Of a DNA stretch of 64,000 nucleotides, positions 17,262-31,970 are shown one piece after another (positions within the stretch are counted from its first letter, which is position 1; each line of letters starts with the position of its first letter). The stretch is from NCBI GenBank assembly GCA_951406725.2, contig CATOCA020000010.1, forward strand, positions 54,991 to 118,990, given 5' to 3'. The stretch is from Octopus vulgaris. Lineage: Eukaryota. The position numbers were made by a program, and so were the translations under genes. The notes beneath the pieces are model-generated. The model worked only from the letters and a program-made list of their open reading frames with translations, made no database searches and had not been told where the DNA came from.

Positions 17262-17727
17262 ATGTATGTATGAGTGTATATTTACTTTATTACTCTCTGG
17301 CTATTTACTCTCTTCCAAGAACATTTTCACTCACTCTTATGAGTTAGCTTCCCATACATTTTACTCATCTATCTATCAGCGTCATAGTCGTCATCGCATT
17401 CTATTGTCTACCTGTCAACACACTGAATTAGTTTCACTTTATTCGTAGCACACTGTGTGTGTGCGTTTGCGTGTGGTGTAAACCAGACTAAGAAAAGCAT
17501 TTGACACACACACCAGAATGTGAGTTTTCTGTAAATTTTGCTTAATTGGAGTTTAAATTTTAAAAACTGGACCTGGCATGACGCGATGCATTGTACTCTT
17601 AAAATTGCTAGGTAAATTGTAATTGAAGAAATCCTATATTGTAGATTTGTATAACTCCCAAAGGGAGGCAGATAAAATCTGCCTTTTATAATAAGAGATA
17701 TATATACATATATATATATATATATAC

Positions 17728-17852
<125 letters not shown>

Positions 17853-18277
17853 CATATATATATACATATATATACATATACATATATATACATATATATA
17901 CATACATATATATACATATACATATATATACATATATATACATATACATATATATACATATACATATATATATATACATATATATACATATACATATATA
18001 TATATACATATATATACATATACATATATATATATACATATATATATATACATATACATATATATATATACATATATATATACATATACATATATATATA
18101 TACATATATATACATATATATACATATATATATATACATATATATACATACATATATATACATATATATATATACATATATATACATACATATATATACA
18201 TATATATATACATATATATACATATATATATACATATATATACATATATATATACATACATATATACACATATATAT

Positions 18278-18336
<59 letters not shown>

Positions 18337-18425
18337 CATATATATATACATACATATATATATATATACATATATATATATACATATACATATATACATA
18401 TATATATATACATATATATATATAC

Positions 18426-18456
<31 letters not shown>

Positions 18457-18540
18457 CATATATATACATATATATATATACATATATATATATATACATA
18501 TATATATATACATATACATATATATATATACATATATATA

Positions 18541-19082
18541 TACACGAAGAAGATAGCCTCTATGCAGAATGTAAGCTACTGGGAAAGACTCAAGAGATTA
18601 AAATTATATTCCCTGGAGCGTAGGCGGGAAAGATATGCCATAATATACATCTGGAAGATCCTGGAGGGAAGTGTCCTGAACTTTGGCATCGAGAGTTACG
18701 CAAATGCCAGAACTGGGCGCCACTGCGTGGTGCCTAGGACTCCAAACTTGCCATCAAGATGTAGGACAAGATTCTGTGATAGCCTGGGCTTCCGAGGCCC
18801 ACAGCTCTTCAATATCCTCCCGATGAACCTGAGAGACCTGCATGGGGTGGATACAGATGTCTTTAAAATGGAGCTGGATCTCTTCCTGTCAGGTGTCCCA
18901 GATGAACCAACTTCACGGCAGGAGGGGCAGATGAGAGCAGCTGCATCGAACTCTCTCATGCACCAAATAGCAGTTGCTAGAAAGCCTCCATGAAGTGAAA
19001 CCAAGTAGCAACACCAAATGGCGGTGCCCCAGCATGGCCACAGCTCATGAGCTGAAACTGGAATCAATCAATCAATCAATCA
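18541..19082 (+). mobile_element. CR1-group LINE 3' fragment
   Basis: Nearly identical to the reverse complement of 8593-9140; (AATC)n tail; flanked by TA arrays. Confidence 0.92.
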
Positions 19083-19163
19083 TACATATATACATATACA
19101 TATATATATATATATACGTATATATATATATATACATATATATATATACATATACATATATAT

Positions 19164-19863
19164 ATCATCATCATCATCATCATCGTTTAATGTCCGTTCT
19201 CCATGCTAGCATGGGTTGGACGGTTCGACCGGGGTTCTGGGGAGCCAGAAGGCTGCACCAGGCTCCAGTCTAATCTGGCAATGTTTCTACAGCTGGATGC
19301 CCTTCCTAACGCCAACCACTCCGCAAGTGTTGTGGGTGCTTTTTACGTGCCACCTGCACAGGTGCCAGGCGAGGCTGGCAACGGCCACGGTCAGATTGGT
19401 GCATTTTATGTGCCACCGGCACGGAAGCCAGTCGAGGCATATATATATATATATATACATCGGCCACGAGTCGGATAGTGCTTTTTACGTACCACCAGAC
19501 CAGGGATCCTGGCTGGTTCAATTCGATTTCGATTTCGCTTGCCCCAACATGTCTTCACATGCAAAGGGGGTTGGCATGGGTGCCTGTCGTACGGTCGCAT
19601 TGGAGTATTTTACGTGCCACGGCCACGAGTCGGATAGTGCTTTTTACGTACCACCAGACCAGGGATCCTGGCTGGTTCAATTCGGTTTCGATTTCGATAT
19701 CGCTTGCCCCAACATGTCTTCGCTAGCATGGGGGGTTGGCATGGGTGTCTGTCGTCGGATGAGGTTCTATATCGACTTCGCTTGCCTCAACAGGTCTTTG
19801 TGTCCAAGGGAGGAAAGGCATTCATAAGTGGGCTGGGCTCACTTGTCCTGCCAGGTCTTCTCA
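19164..19863 (-). mobile_element. RTE 3' UTR fragment with internal ~159-bp duplication
   Basis: (TCA)n on the plus strand is the (GAT)n tail; shares the RTE 3' terminus; GGCCACGAGTCGGATAGTG at ~19462 and 19621. Confidence 0.85.
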
Positions 19864-19906
19864 TACATATATATATGTACATATATATATATACATATAC
19901 ATATAC

Positions 19907-20152
<246 letters not shown>

Positions 20153-20597
20153 TATACATACATATATATACATATATATATACACATATATATATACATA
20201 TATATATACATATATATATACATATATATATACATATATATATACATATATATATACATATATATATATACATATATATATACATACATATATATATACA
20301 TATATATATATACATATATATACATACATATATATATACATATATATATATACATATATATATACATATATATATATACATATATATACATATATATATA
20401 TACATATATATATATACATATATATATATACATATATATACATATATATATATACATATATATACATATATATATATATATACATATATATACATATATA
20501 TATATATACATATATATACATATATATATACATATATATACATATATATATACATATATATATACATATATATACATATATATATACATATATATAC

Positions 20598-20632
<35 letters not shown>

Positions 20633-20690
20633 CATATATATATACATATATATACATATATATATACATATATATACATATATATATACA

Positions 20691-20731
<41 letters not shown>

Positions 20732-20841
20732 ATATATACATATATATATACATATATATATACATATATATATATACATATATATATACATATATATACA
20801 TATATATATATATACATATATATATACATACATATATATAC

Positions 20842-20872
<31 letters not shown>

Positions 20873-20919
20873 CATATATATACATATATATATATACATA
20901 TATATACATATATACATAC

Positions 20920-20980
<61 letters not shown>

Positions 20981-21257
20981 TATACATATATATATACATA
21001 CATATATATATACATACATATATATATATATATATACATATATATATACATACATATATATATACATACATATATATATATATATATACATATATATATA
21101 CATATATATATACATATATATATACATACATATACATATACATATATACATACATATACATATACATATATACATACATATACATATATACATACATATA
21201 CATATACATATATATATATACATATATATATACATATATATATACATATATATATAC

Positions 21258-21288
<31 letters not shown>

Positions 21289-21542
21289 CATATATATATA
21301 CATACATATACATATATATGTATATATATATATATACATATATATATACATACATATACATATATATGTATATATATATATACATATATATGTATATATA
21401 TATATACATACATATACATATATATGTATATATATATATATATATGTACATATATATGTATATATATACATATATATGTATATATATACATATATATGTA
21501 TATATATATATACATATATATGTATATAGATACATATATATT

Positions 21543-21576
<34 letters not shown>

Positions 21577-22367
21577 CACATATGTATATATATACACACA
21601 CATACACATATATACATACATATACTGACATATACATATATACACAACAACATGTTTCTTCCAGTTCCCAATACCAAATACATTGAAAAGGTGTTGGTTG
21701 ACTTACAGGTAAAGGATAACATACTTACTGAAGGTGGCTCTCAATGGTGGTCCTGAAACTGAGAAGACAGGTTTAGGAAGATAACTCCCTAAACACACAA
21801 CCATGCCTGCACTTGTGTGCATATTTATTTATTTTCCAACCACCTTCACTCATTTTATAATTTTTCTCTGATGAAAGACTAGTGTCCAAAATACAAAGAA
21901 TTTTCCCCTTCTTTTGAGTAGTAAACTAATAAATGTTTTTTTAAAACTTGTCCCTCGTGTATTGTCTTCTTTTCATGTTCACTGCTGAATATACAAACAC
22001 AATCATCACTTTTTAACACTCATCTTCCATAATAGTACTGGTTGGATTGTTTAACAAGATCCAGTGGATTGGCTGTCTGCATTGTGCTCTGATCCCTGCT
22101 CCGGCATGGTTTCTAGAACTGGATACTCTTGCAAATTCCAAGGGTTTATCGGGTACTTTTACCATCGGCACTAGCAACTATGAGGACACTATGGAGCTCA
22201 ATGGACTCAGTTTCCCATCAACCGATGGGCCCACAGCAGAGAGCAGAAGAGTATAATGATCAATGTAGGGTGGGTAAGGTCAAGAGGAGAGATGCTGACT
22301 GGCAGACAAAGGATGAAGGGCAGAATAACAATAATACTAGTAGTAGTAATAATAATAATAATAAATT

Positions 22368-22577
22368 CAAATTTTGGCACAAGCCCGGTAATTTCGTAGG
22401 AGAGGGTAAATCGATTGCACTGACCTCAGTGTGTAACTGGTACTTATTTTGTCGACCCTACCCCCAAAGAAAGATGAAAGGCTAAGTCGGCGGAATTTGA
22501 ACTCAGAACGTAAAGACGGACGAATTGTCACTAAGCATTTTGCCCGGCGAGCTCACGATGCTGCTAGTTCGCCGCCT
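22368..22577 (-). mobile_element. tRNA-derived SINE, decayed
   Basis: Minus strand begins GGCGGCGAACTAGCAG, with a B-box-like GAGTTCAAATTCCGCCG; ends in an (ATT)n-type tail. Confidence 0.7.
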
Positions 22578-23491
22578 TAATAGTAACAATAGTAATAATA
22601 ACAACAACAATAGCAACGACAGCTTTTGTGCTGGTATGGGACGGACAGGTGACAGAATCCAATTGGCTGGAGGCCTGCATCTAGCTTCAAGGTCTACTTT
22701 TGTATGGATTCTATGGCAGGATGCCCAACCACTTTACAGCAAATGCTGGATGGCATAAGCACCAACCAAGTTGTCATACAGGTGCAAGACCAGAAACCCT
22801 GACAAAGGCAACTTTATGCTAGATGAGGGTTAAAGCATAAGAGATGGGGCCAAAACATTATATATATATTTCGTTTTTAGATTTGGTTTGCAAGATTCTT
22901 TATATGAGTTCGTGTCTGGGGAGAGTCATTTTCTTTTTGTGCCTTATAATATAACACACACCGGTAAAATTTCCACTTTTTTCTTATTTTTATTTTTTTA
23001 TTTATATATATATATATATACACACGCACACACATATATATATATACATACACAAACACATATACACGCATTCATGTATATATATTTGTTTACATAATAC
23101 ATGTGTATATATAAATATATACATACAAATTTTATATACATATACAGAAATATATATGTATATATATACACATGTACCGCTTACCAAATGCCGGTTGTAC
23201 TCATTGGCTACGATTCGCCAATACAAGGAACGGTCGTTCAGACATCCACCCAGCCATACATACACACACATGACATAATTATATGAAAAAAAGTGTTTAC
23301 ATAATGAATTACATGTAATATTTTTAATGAATGAATTCTTCAAATTCAGCTCTAAAATTTCATAACAGAGCATCAAAATACACACACATATATTTATTAT
23401 AGATATTTGCCATTTTTCTCTTTTTTTTTTGTTTTGTTAATCGCTACATTTGTTGCAGGTATTTTAATAAAACCTAATTATAAATACTCAC

Positions 23492-23797
23492 CTTGCCGAG
23501 TGGAAGTGATGAAATATTATTTAAACAGCAAAGCGATCTTAGGCGTGATAACTGATGAGAATTCGAAGAGGTATCTTTTTTGCTTTGCCTCAGCAAGGAA
23601 TTAAGTTGTTTATCAACAAAATAGAGGAAATTCAATAAAGTAGTTGAATATGTGTCAGCAGTGTTTCCTTTGGCATTAGCGGGACATTGGCTGGATGGAC
23701 ACATTACATCGCCAAGTTGATTATTTTTTAATCGATAATGCGATAAGAGTCGTTTATGATTTACTCTTCGGAAATATTGAAATTTATCCATAATCAT
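23492..23797 (-). CDS. Candidate first exon of an unidentified host gene (102 codons, phase-0 donor)
   Basis: ATG-initiated open frame in non-repetitive DNA, ending at consensus AAG|GTGAGT (intron begins 23491). No recognisable homology. Confidence 0.4.
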
Positions 23798-23799
23798 CG

Positions 23800-24222
23800 G
23801 TTATATGATATCCTTGTGTGATACGTAAAATTTTGTGATTTCCAACAAAATTCGAAGCCCGACGAATAATGTACTGCGTAGCGTTATCAGGAAGGATTAG
23901 TCAAACTGAAGCGAATACCATAGTGTCAGTAAAATAAGTGTCAATACTTGAACTCAGTTATTAATAGAATTGCATATTATTTTTATTATTTTTATTCGAA
24001 AATTAAAAGTTTGTGTTGCAAAAATATTTAAAATAATTCAAAAATAAAAATTTTAAACCAATTCTCTTTTGTACGGGATCAGTAGCCTACTCAAAAAGCG
24101 TCCAATCGTGGCGCTCGTTACAAAATTATGAAGGCAAATTGTATCACATGAACAATTGTAACCAATAGAAAATACGGTTTTCCCCGCGTAAAGTCAAAGC
24201 ATCTCGTCCTCTGAAGGTGAGT
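23800..24222. promoter_or_regulatory. Candidate bidirectional promoter with a plus-strand non-coding first exon ending at 24216
   Basis: CCAAT at 24058, 24102 and 24162; locally raised CpG; plus-strand AAG|GTGAGT at 24214-24222, mirroring the minus-strand donor at 23486-23494. Confidence 0.45.
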
Positions 24223-25947
24223 GCTAGAAAATAAATTTCGTACTTTTCAGAAACATGTTACCAATTAAGGTAGTAAACACATAACTAAATTTCTGAATTA
24301 TTATTTAAAATTTTATCGGTAATTATTGTCCCTCTAACGTCAGTAAAAATCTTTTGGTTAACCAATGCTCCTCTATCTCTGTGTTCCATCCACCACTACG
24401 GGATAATTGGTGAAGTATGAAAATACTCTTTGTTTTTATTTTTCTACCGGAAACTATATAAATATGTCGCATCGGTTATTCTAAAGGTTTCTGCAAAACT
24501 AGACTTAGAAGTAAAATGTAACGAAAACGTCTGAACAAATACCTATAAGATCATCATGTGGTAGTCGAAGGTTTGATATCTATTGTGTAAGTGTGTTGCT
24601 TAAGATGACGCTTTACATCTCATTTAGATAATTCGTGAATCCATGTCTGCATTTCTCCATATAGGTGATATTTCTATATATATTTAATGAAATAATGCAA
24701 TAGGTACTTTAATATTATCTTCTAAGATCATAATAAGTTTATTCGATATGTAGTTACTGTTTAAATCTCCAATCGAACTTGCATTGTCATGTGGGTGTGT
24801 GTCTATCAGCAACGCTGATGTGCCCATGCTGTTTTTATGAGCTGGAAATTAATATTTACTATTTCTACTCTCATCACAGCTTAAAACAAATAAGGTGGGA
24901 GATAAAAATCCTGCCTATATATTATATTCCTTTTGGACATATGCCACACACGCTGAGTCTTTATACCAATATATCCCCCCCCCTCCTTTTTAAATCTGCT
25001 CTAGTGGGGGTAAAAAATCCTGCAAAGCTAATCTATTTGTATGCTTTTGAGCAACATCATCTTGTTATTGGGTTATTTTGATCGTTATTCTATGTATGTA
25101 TATGTATATATATATCTATATGTATCTACATGGGTCTTTAGGTTTCAAATTGATAATATCTACATTTGGTAAATATCTATTTTAAAGTGCCCACTTTCCA
25201 CAAGATCCATACATGCCGCAATTAGTTTTGTGTTTTAACACAGTGTCTGTAAATAATATCTTCCAACGTTCAACATGCTTCACTTGCTAACATTTTAAGC
25301 GTTTAGAATACACCTAAACCTCGATTTAAAAAAAATAGAGATAATAGCAATAATGTATTTCTTTTATCACTGTTGACTTTCTTTTCGCAACTTTTTAATA
25401 CCAGTTACTACCATGCGATTTTTTTTTCTCTCTTGAGCAAATAATATAGAAATTGCTGATTGATAGATTTCGTTTCAAGCAACATTATTTTGTGTAGTGG
25501 ATATATGTGTGTTATACGTAAATACTAATATATGTAAATAATTTAAATGAGAATTACCTATATAAACCAATAATTCATGTCAAATTTTATATATGCGTTT
25601 ATAAGTGTTTATTGCGAAAACGTATGTGTAAAAGATATGTATGCAAGCGTGAGATATATGGATGTGGGGAATGAACAGGAAATATATATTTGACATATAT
25701 GCCGTATATATTGTTGCATTATTTATATATATAATAATACAATCCATTATATGTAATTATAATATGCAATATGTGTTTCATATAAAGTGTATATATATAT
25801 TTATATAAATATATGTATATTTAAATATCTCTTTCTTCCCCCTTCCCCTCTTTGTCGATGCATCTCTATATATCTATATTACTCAATCCTTCATATAATA
25901 CACTATTAAGAAATATATATATGTATATTATTTATATTTCGTAGCTT

Positions 25948-25992
<45 letters not shown>

Positions 25993-26589
25993 TCGAATTG
26001 TACGACGGCAAATATATTGTGTAAATTCTTTTTTTCTCTCTCTGTACATACGTGTGGAGGTAACTGAATACATACATATATATATATGTATAATTAAGAT
26101 ATATGTATACATATCTTTATATATAAGTATACAAATATTTATAAATAACTATAAAAATACAGGGGTAAATATGTTTGTAAAAGCATGTATTTTTGTATGT
26201 ATATCTGTCTTTCTATCCATCTGTACGTATTGGGGGAAAAATGTACAAAGACTTCTAAATGTAGCGAAAAATGTGAAGGATTTTGCATACATTGGTATAA
26301 ATACACATATAAATATGCATGAATGCATAAATACATAAATAAAATATATATATAAATGTGAAAATGTAAATATATAACGAGTCATGTGTATGTATTTTTA
26401 AGTATATATGTATATATCTATAGATATTAAATATGTATATATACGCGTGTATGTATATATATATATATACACACACACTCCTACATGATTGTGCATGTAT
26501 GTATATATGTATACACACACGCACAATCATAAGTATGAATATATAAATGCATATATATATATATATAACTGAATATACAAAAAATAAAT

Positions 26590-27050
26590 ATATAAGTATA
26601 TATGAATATATAAAATATATAAGTATATATATATATATGAATATATAAAATATGAGTATATATATATATGAATGTATAAAATATATAAGTATATATGAAT
26701 GTATAAAATATATAAGTATATATGAATATATAAAATATATAAGTATATATGAATATATAAAATATATAAGTATATATGAATATATAAAATATATAAGTAT
26801 ATATGAATAAATAAAATATATATATAAGTATATATGAATATACAAAATATATATATATGAATATATAAAATATATAAGTATATATGAATATATAAAATAT
26901 ATATGTAAGTATATATGAATATATAAAATATATATGTAAGTATATATGAATATATAAAATATATATGTAAGTATATATGAATATATAAAATATATATGTA
27001 AGTATATATGAATATATAAAATATATAGAAGTATAAATGAATACATAAAA
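26590..27050. repeat. 26-30 bp AT-rich minisatellite (AAGTATATATGAATATATAAAATATAT)
   Basis: About 15 visible tandem units. Confidence 0.9.
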
Positions 27051-27308
27051 ATATAAGTATATATGAAAATATACACACATGCATAGAAATGTAATGTATT
27101 GAATACTGTTTGTGTGTGTATGCAGGGGTTCTTTGCCTTGGAAATCTCCCTGATATTGGTGATGTGAAAAAAAAAGCACTCAGTGGATGATGTAAAGTGG
27201 TTGACATTAGGAAAAGCATATAAGACCATGCTCGAGCAGCATGCAGTCCTTGACCGTTTTGGACTCTGTCAAAATGTCCTACCCATGCCAGCATGGAACA
27301 CATATGTA

Positions 27309-27685
27309 TCTCTCTCTATATAAACGGCAGTTTGTCTGTGCGTGTTTCTGTGTGTCTGTTTGCTTGTACCTTCACCCTGACCACGGCTTTCAACCGATTC
27401 TGATGAAACTTGACACACACATAGCCCAATGTCATAATTCAAAACTAACGCAGCGAAAATTTTGAAAAGTTCCCCCAGTTCTGAAAAAAATCGATAAATT
27501 CGACATGGGGTCCAGAATCAGAAACACAAACTGTCTAGGGGACGCAACTCCACCTTTTTTTAACTAAAAAAAAAATTTACCATCATTTTTTCCCATTTTT
27601 TTGCTATTTTTTGGCTATAACTCTCTAAAAATGCTTTATAGTTATTTCCCTTACAAACCTGAGCAACGCCGGGCGATACTGCTAG
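27309..27685 (+). mobile_element. Non-autonomous Helitron
   Basis: A|TCTCTCTCTATATAAACGGC ... GAGCAACGCCGGGCGATACTGCTAG|T; same 3' end as the 13811 element. Confidence 0.85.
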
Positions 27686-27719
27686 TAAGTATATATATGT
27701 GTGTGTATGTATGTATCAC

Positions 27720-28020
27720 TGTATCAACTGGACAGTTGGATGTTGAGATACACTGCTGGTTGCAATGCATTTCCTCTCATTGTAGCTTTCAAATGATGTC
27801 ACTCTGTTGGCTAGGCAACCAGGTTTGTGGCATGTATATGGTTGAGACCATGACATTCACCATATAATGGGTGCCAGTTTGTTGCTGGGTAATACATTTC
27901 TTGTTGAGTGGACGGGAACAACATAAAATGAAGTGTTTTGCTCAAGAGCACAATGCTCAAACACACTTCATTACGTGACTCTGAGTGCAACAGCCTCATA
28001 TCTAGGCTACGTGCATTCAC
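27720..28020 (-). mobile_element. Decayed SINE-like element
   Basis: Contains TGAAGTGTTTTGCTCAAGAGCACAATGC, resembling the reverse complement of a CORE-like SINE segment. Confidence 0.45.
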
Positions 28021-28244
28021 ATACATATGTATATTGTATTAATAATTGGCTGAAGTTACAGAGTAAGTCAAGGACTGAGAGTACCTTGCATTGGCGCTTA
28101 TAAATGCCAATGTCTGAAAGTCTCAGCCCTTGAGCCACTCTAATTTCTGCTGATTATTAATAAGATATGTGTGTTTTCCTGTTTATATCACCAAACTTGT
28201 ATACATATGTATTTATTTATATATATATATATATTTGTATAAAT

Positions 28245-29720
28245 GTGTGTGGCAAGCTTCCAGGCTAGTCAAAGGAAGGAATAATGTGCCCTGTCCCATA
28301 AAGGAGGTAACAAAGCAAGTGCCAAAAACTATTGCCTAGCTCTCTAACTTCACATATCAGCAAAGTTGTGGAATAAAGTCGAAAGGTAACTGATCACATT
28401 CCTTGAAGAAAATGAGTTGCCGACTGACACCTAGCATGCTTTCCAATCGGGAAGAAACTGCCTGGCACAGCTCTTACGGCACTGCAATTGGGTGTTAAAA
28501 CAGTTGCGCAATCACTCAAATACCTTGACTTTACGAAAGCCTGAGATAAAGGTGATCAGGGGATGTCAAAAACTGCATGATCTTGGCATAGTTGGAAAGG
28601 TAAGAGAGTGGTTACATGAATTTCTAAACGGTAGAAGTCAAGCGAAAGTAACCAATGGGGCCACCTCCAAGGGAAGTAAAATAATGAATGGTGTCTTACA
28701 GGGTACTGTCTTTGGGGGCACAGCTGTTCATAGTGGCCCCTCTCAGATATCTTGTCCATACAAAGAGCCATCCTCATAAGCTATGTAGACAATACAAAAG
28801 TCTCCTAAGTTATACAGAACCCTGAAAATGCTAAGCACCTGCAACAAGAGTTAGATACCATATACAAGTAGGCTGAAGACAATAACCTGCAGTTTAATGC
28901 TGAAAAGTTCTAAGTCATACACTATCAGCACAATACACTGGAGTAGGAGGGATTGTAGTCCAAGAATTACAATCAGTGTGTGACCTGAGTTTTTACATAA
29001 GTAATGATACATCTTTCCTTCCATGTTCATATTCTAAAGTTAGCAATAAAACAGAGGCGACTAGCTAGATAGATTCTTAGTACATTCAGAACAAGAGATC
29101 CAGAAATCCCTGGAGGACATTTGTCCTAAGCCATTTCGACTGTTGCTCTCAACTATCATTGCCACATAGTATAACATTAACAGCAGAACTGAAAGCAATC
29201 CAACAAAGCTGGTAGTATCAATGCAGCAGATAATCTACTGGGAAAGACTCAAGTGGTTAAGACTCTACTCCCTGGAACAAAGGCAGGAAAGATATGCTGT
29301 AATATACATCTGGAAGATCCTGCAAGGACTTGTCCCAAGCTTTGGCATTGAAAATTTCTAACACTAGAACAGGGTGCCATTGTGTAGTACCAAAGATTCC
29401 ACTCTTGCCATCAAAATACAGGACCAGATACTGCAGTAGCTTGGGATTCAAAGGCTCTAAAGTTGCTCAATATCCTCTCCAAGTACTTGAGAGACTGGCA
29501 TACAGTGGATGTAGATGGCATCAAAACAAATTGGATCTCCTACAGTCCCAAAGAGTCCCAGATGAATCAGTTTTGCAGTGGGAAACACAAATGAGAGCAG
29601 CAACATCAAGCTCCCTTGCTCACCAAATGCCAACTATTGAAGGAGGTTTAATGAAGTTGTTGTAACACCGATTGGCAGTGCCTAAGCATGGCCATGACTC
29701 TTAAGCTGTTACTAGTTAGA
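28245..29720 (+). mobile_element. Old degenerate CR1-group LINE (RT to 3' end)
   Basis: Many stops and frameshifts, but homologous to the young copies (CQKLHDLGIVGKVREWLHEFL, GVLQGTV, NTRTGCHCVVPKIP, MRAATSSSLAHQM). Confidence 0.88.
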
Positions 29721-29790
29721 GAGTAAAACAATCTATGCATATATATTTGTATTTGCATATGTTTTGCTTTTTTTATATATGTGTATATAA

Positions 29791-29821
<31 letters not shown>

Positions 29822-29861
29822 GTACATATACATGTGTATATGTGTGTGTATATATATATAT

Positions 29862-29908
<47 letters not shown>

Positions 29909-30138
29909 TTAAGGAATGGAAAAATATATATGAATATTTTAATTCAGTGTTATTACAATAAATACCTCGAAAGAGGTATTTATATTTACAGAAGTACTGA
30001 TACAAGTTGAATATTTATACAGATTTTTCCTTGCCTGAAGTGTATATACAATTTTTTGATGGACTCTGAATATATATATGTATGTATGTACACAGTTGAT
30101 AAGAAATTATGACAAAAGGAAAAAACAATTCTGTTAAA

Positions 30139-30219
30139 AGCTCTGATGAAGCTATAGGGTGATACTCATGCACTCAACTATGATAGCATTGCATCTTATA
30201 GCAGAAACTGCTCTAAGCT
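30139..30219 (+). ncRNA. Decayed type I hammerhead motif
   Basis: AGCT-CTGATGA-A-GCTATAGG...CTTATAGC-A-GAAA-CTGCTC-TA-AGCT; stem III is imperfect. Confidence 0.55.
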
Positions 30220-30652
30220 AATGGAGTTTGTAACATACTTATTTATTCCTTTGTCATCCCAATTGCTTATTATCAATCTATACGCGACTGATGGTTCGTA
30301 CAGAAGCATATGTATCTTGTGTCCTTAAACTGGGTTATTAGTGTCACTATGCCTAAGTGAAATAATAAAATATGTACATATATAAATATATGAATTATGT
30401 GTGTGTGTGTATGCAGATGTGTATATGTATATACGTGTATCATCCTAAATATGTGTATATGCAGTTATGTTATATTGGTAGTTTGGATATATAGTATTTG
30501 TGTTTGTACATGTATGTATATATACGTGAATATGTATGTAGATGTATATATGTGTGTATGTATATATATATATTAATGAGTATGTATGTATATATATATA
30601 TTAATGTGTATGTATATATATATTCATGTATATGTATATATATTCATGTGTA

Positions 30653-30730
<78 letters not shown>

Positions 30731-30857
30731 TACATACATATGTATGTCATCATCTAGTGTCCGTTGTCTATGCTAGCATGTGTTGGATGCTTTGATCAGG
30801 GCTGGCAAGCTGGAAGGCTGTGCCATATATATATATATATATGTATACATACATGTA

Positions 30858-30901
<44 letters not shown>

Positions 30902-30961
30902 TACATGTATGTGTATATATATATGTTCGTATACATTTAAGTGTATGTATATATGTACATA

Positions 30962-30992
<31 letters not shown>

Positions 30993-31079
30993 GCACACAC
31001 ATATATATGTATATATACATACATTATATTTATATATATATATAAAATATATATATATACATACATACACACATGTATA

Positions 31080-31256
31080 GGGGGAAGAATTCACAAAAAA
31101 ACAAAAGACAAAGAGAGGTGGTGTAGACAACAAACATATGTATTAGTTTAACGATCAGGATGTGAGAAAGTCTTTAACGTTTCGAGCCTATGCCTTCCCA
31201 CACAAAGAAACGGAGAGAAAATAAAGAATGTGCAGTGGCTAGCAGTCTATCATGTC

Positions 31257-31303
<47 letters not shown>

Positions 31304-31807
31304 CAGAGTAAGCACATCAATGTGAAACAAGGTGGAAAAAAAGAGTACTCAAATGCCAGAGGTAGAGTAATATGCTTTATTTAAAAGCAGCAGAAATATA
31401 ACAAAAGCTGTTACTCAGAGTTTCACGTTCCCATTCGTTGGACAATTTTTTTTAACAAAACTGTCTGACGAACAGAAACATGAAACTCTGAGTAACAGCC
31501 TTTGTTATATTTCTGCTGCTTTTAAATAAAGTACATATATATGTGTGTGTATATACATGTGTATGTGTGTATATACATGTGTATGTGTGTATATACATGT
31601 GTATGTGTGTATATACATGTGTATGTGTGTATATACATGTGTATGTGTGTATATACATGTGTATGTGTATATATACATGTGTATATATATATACATGTAT
31701 GTGTGTGTATATATGTACATGTATGTGTGTGTATATATATACATGTATGTGTCTGTTTATATATATATACATGTATGTGTGTGTATGTGTATATATACAT
31801 ATACGTG

Positions 31808-31848
<41 letters not shown>

Positions 31849-31919
31849 GTATATATACATATACGTGTATGTGTATATATATATATATATGTATATATAT
31901 GTATATATACATATACGTG

Positions 31920-31970
<51 letters not shown>

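Larger units (their letters stand above)
13811..17698 (-). mobile_element. Head-to-tail dimer of a composite non-autonomous Helitron (units 17698-15626 and 15625-13811)
   Basis: Minus strand: A|TCTCTTATTATAAAAGG ... CCCGAGCAACGCCGGGCGATACTGCTAG|TCTCTTATTATAAAAGG ... CTAG|T. This gives 5' TC, a subterminal hairpin, 3' CTAG, an A|T target and no TSD. Confidence 0.8.

Noticed and set aside
22047-22485. Short ORFs in moderately GC-rich sequence
   Set aside because: No recognisable domain or convincing splice sites; they run into a SINE tail.
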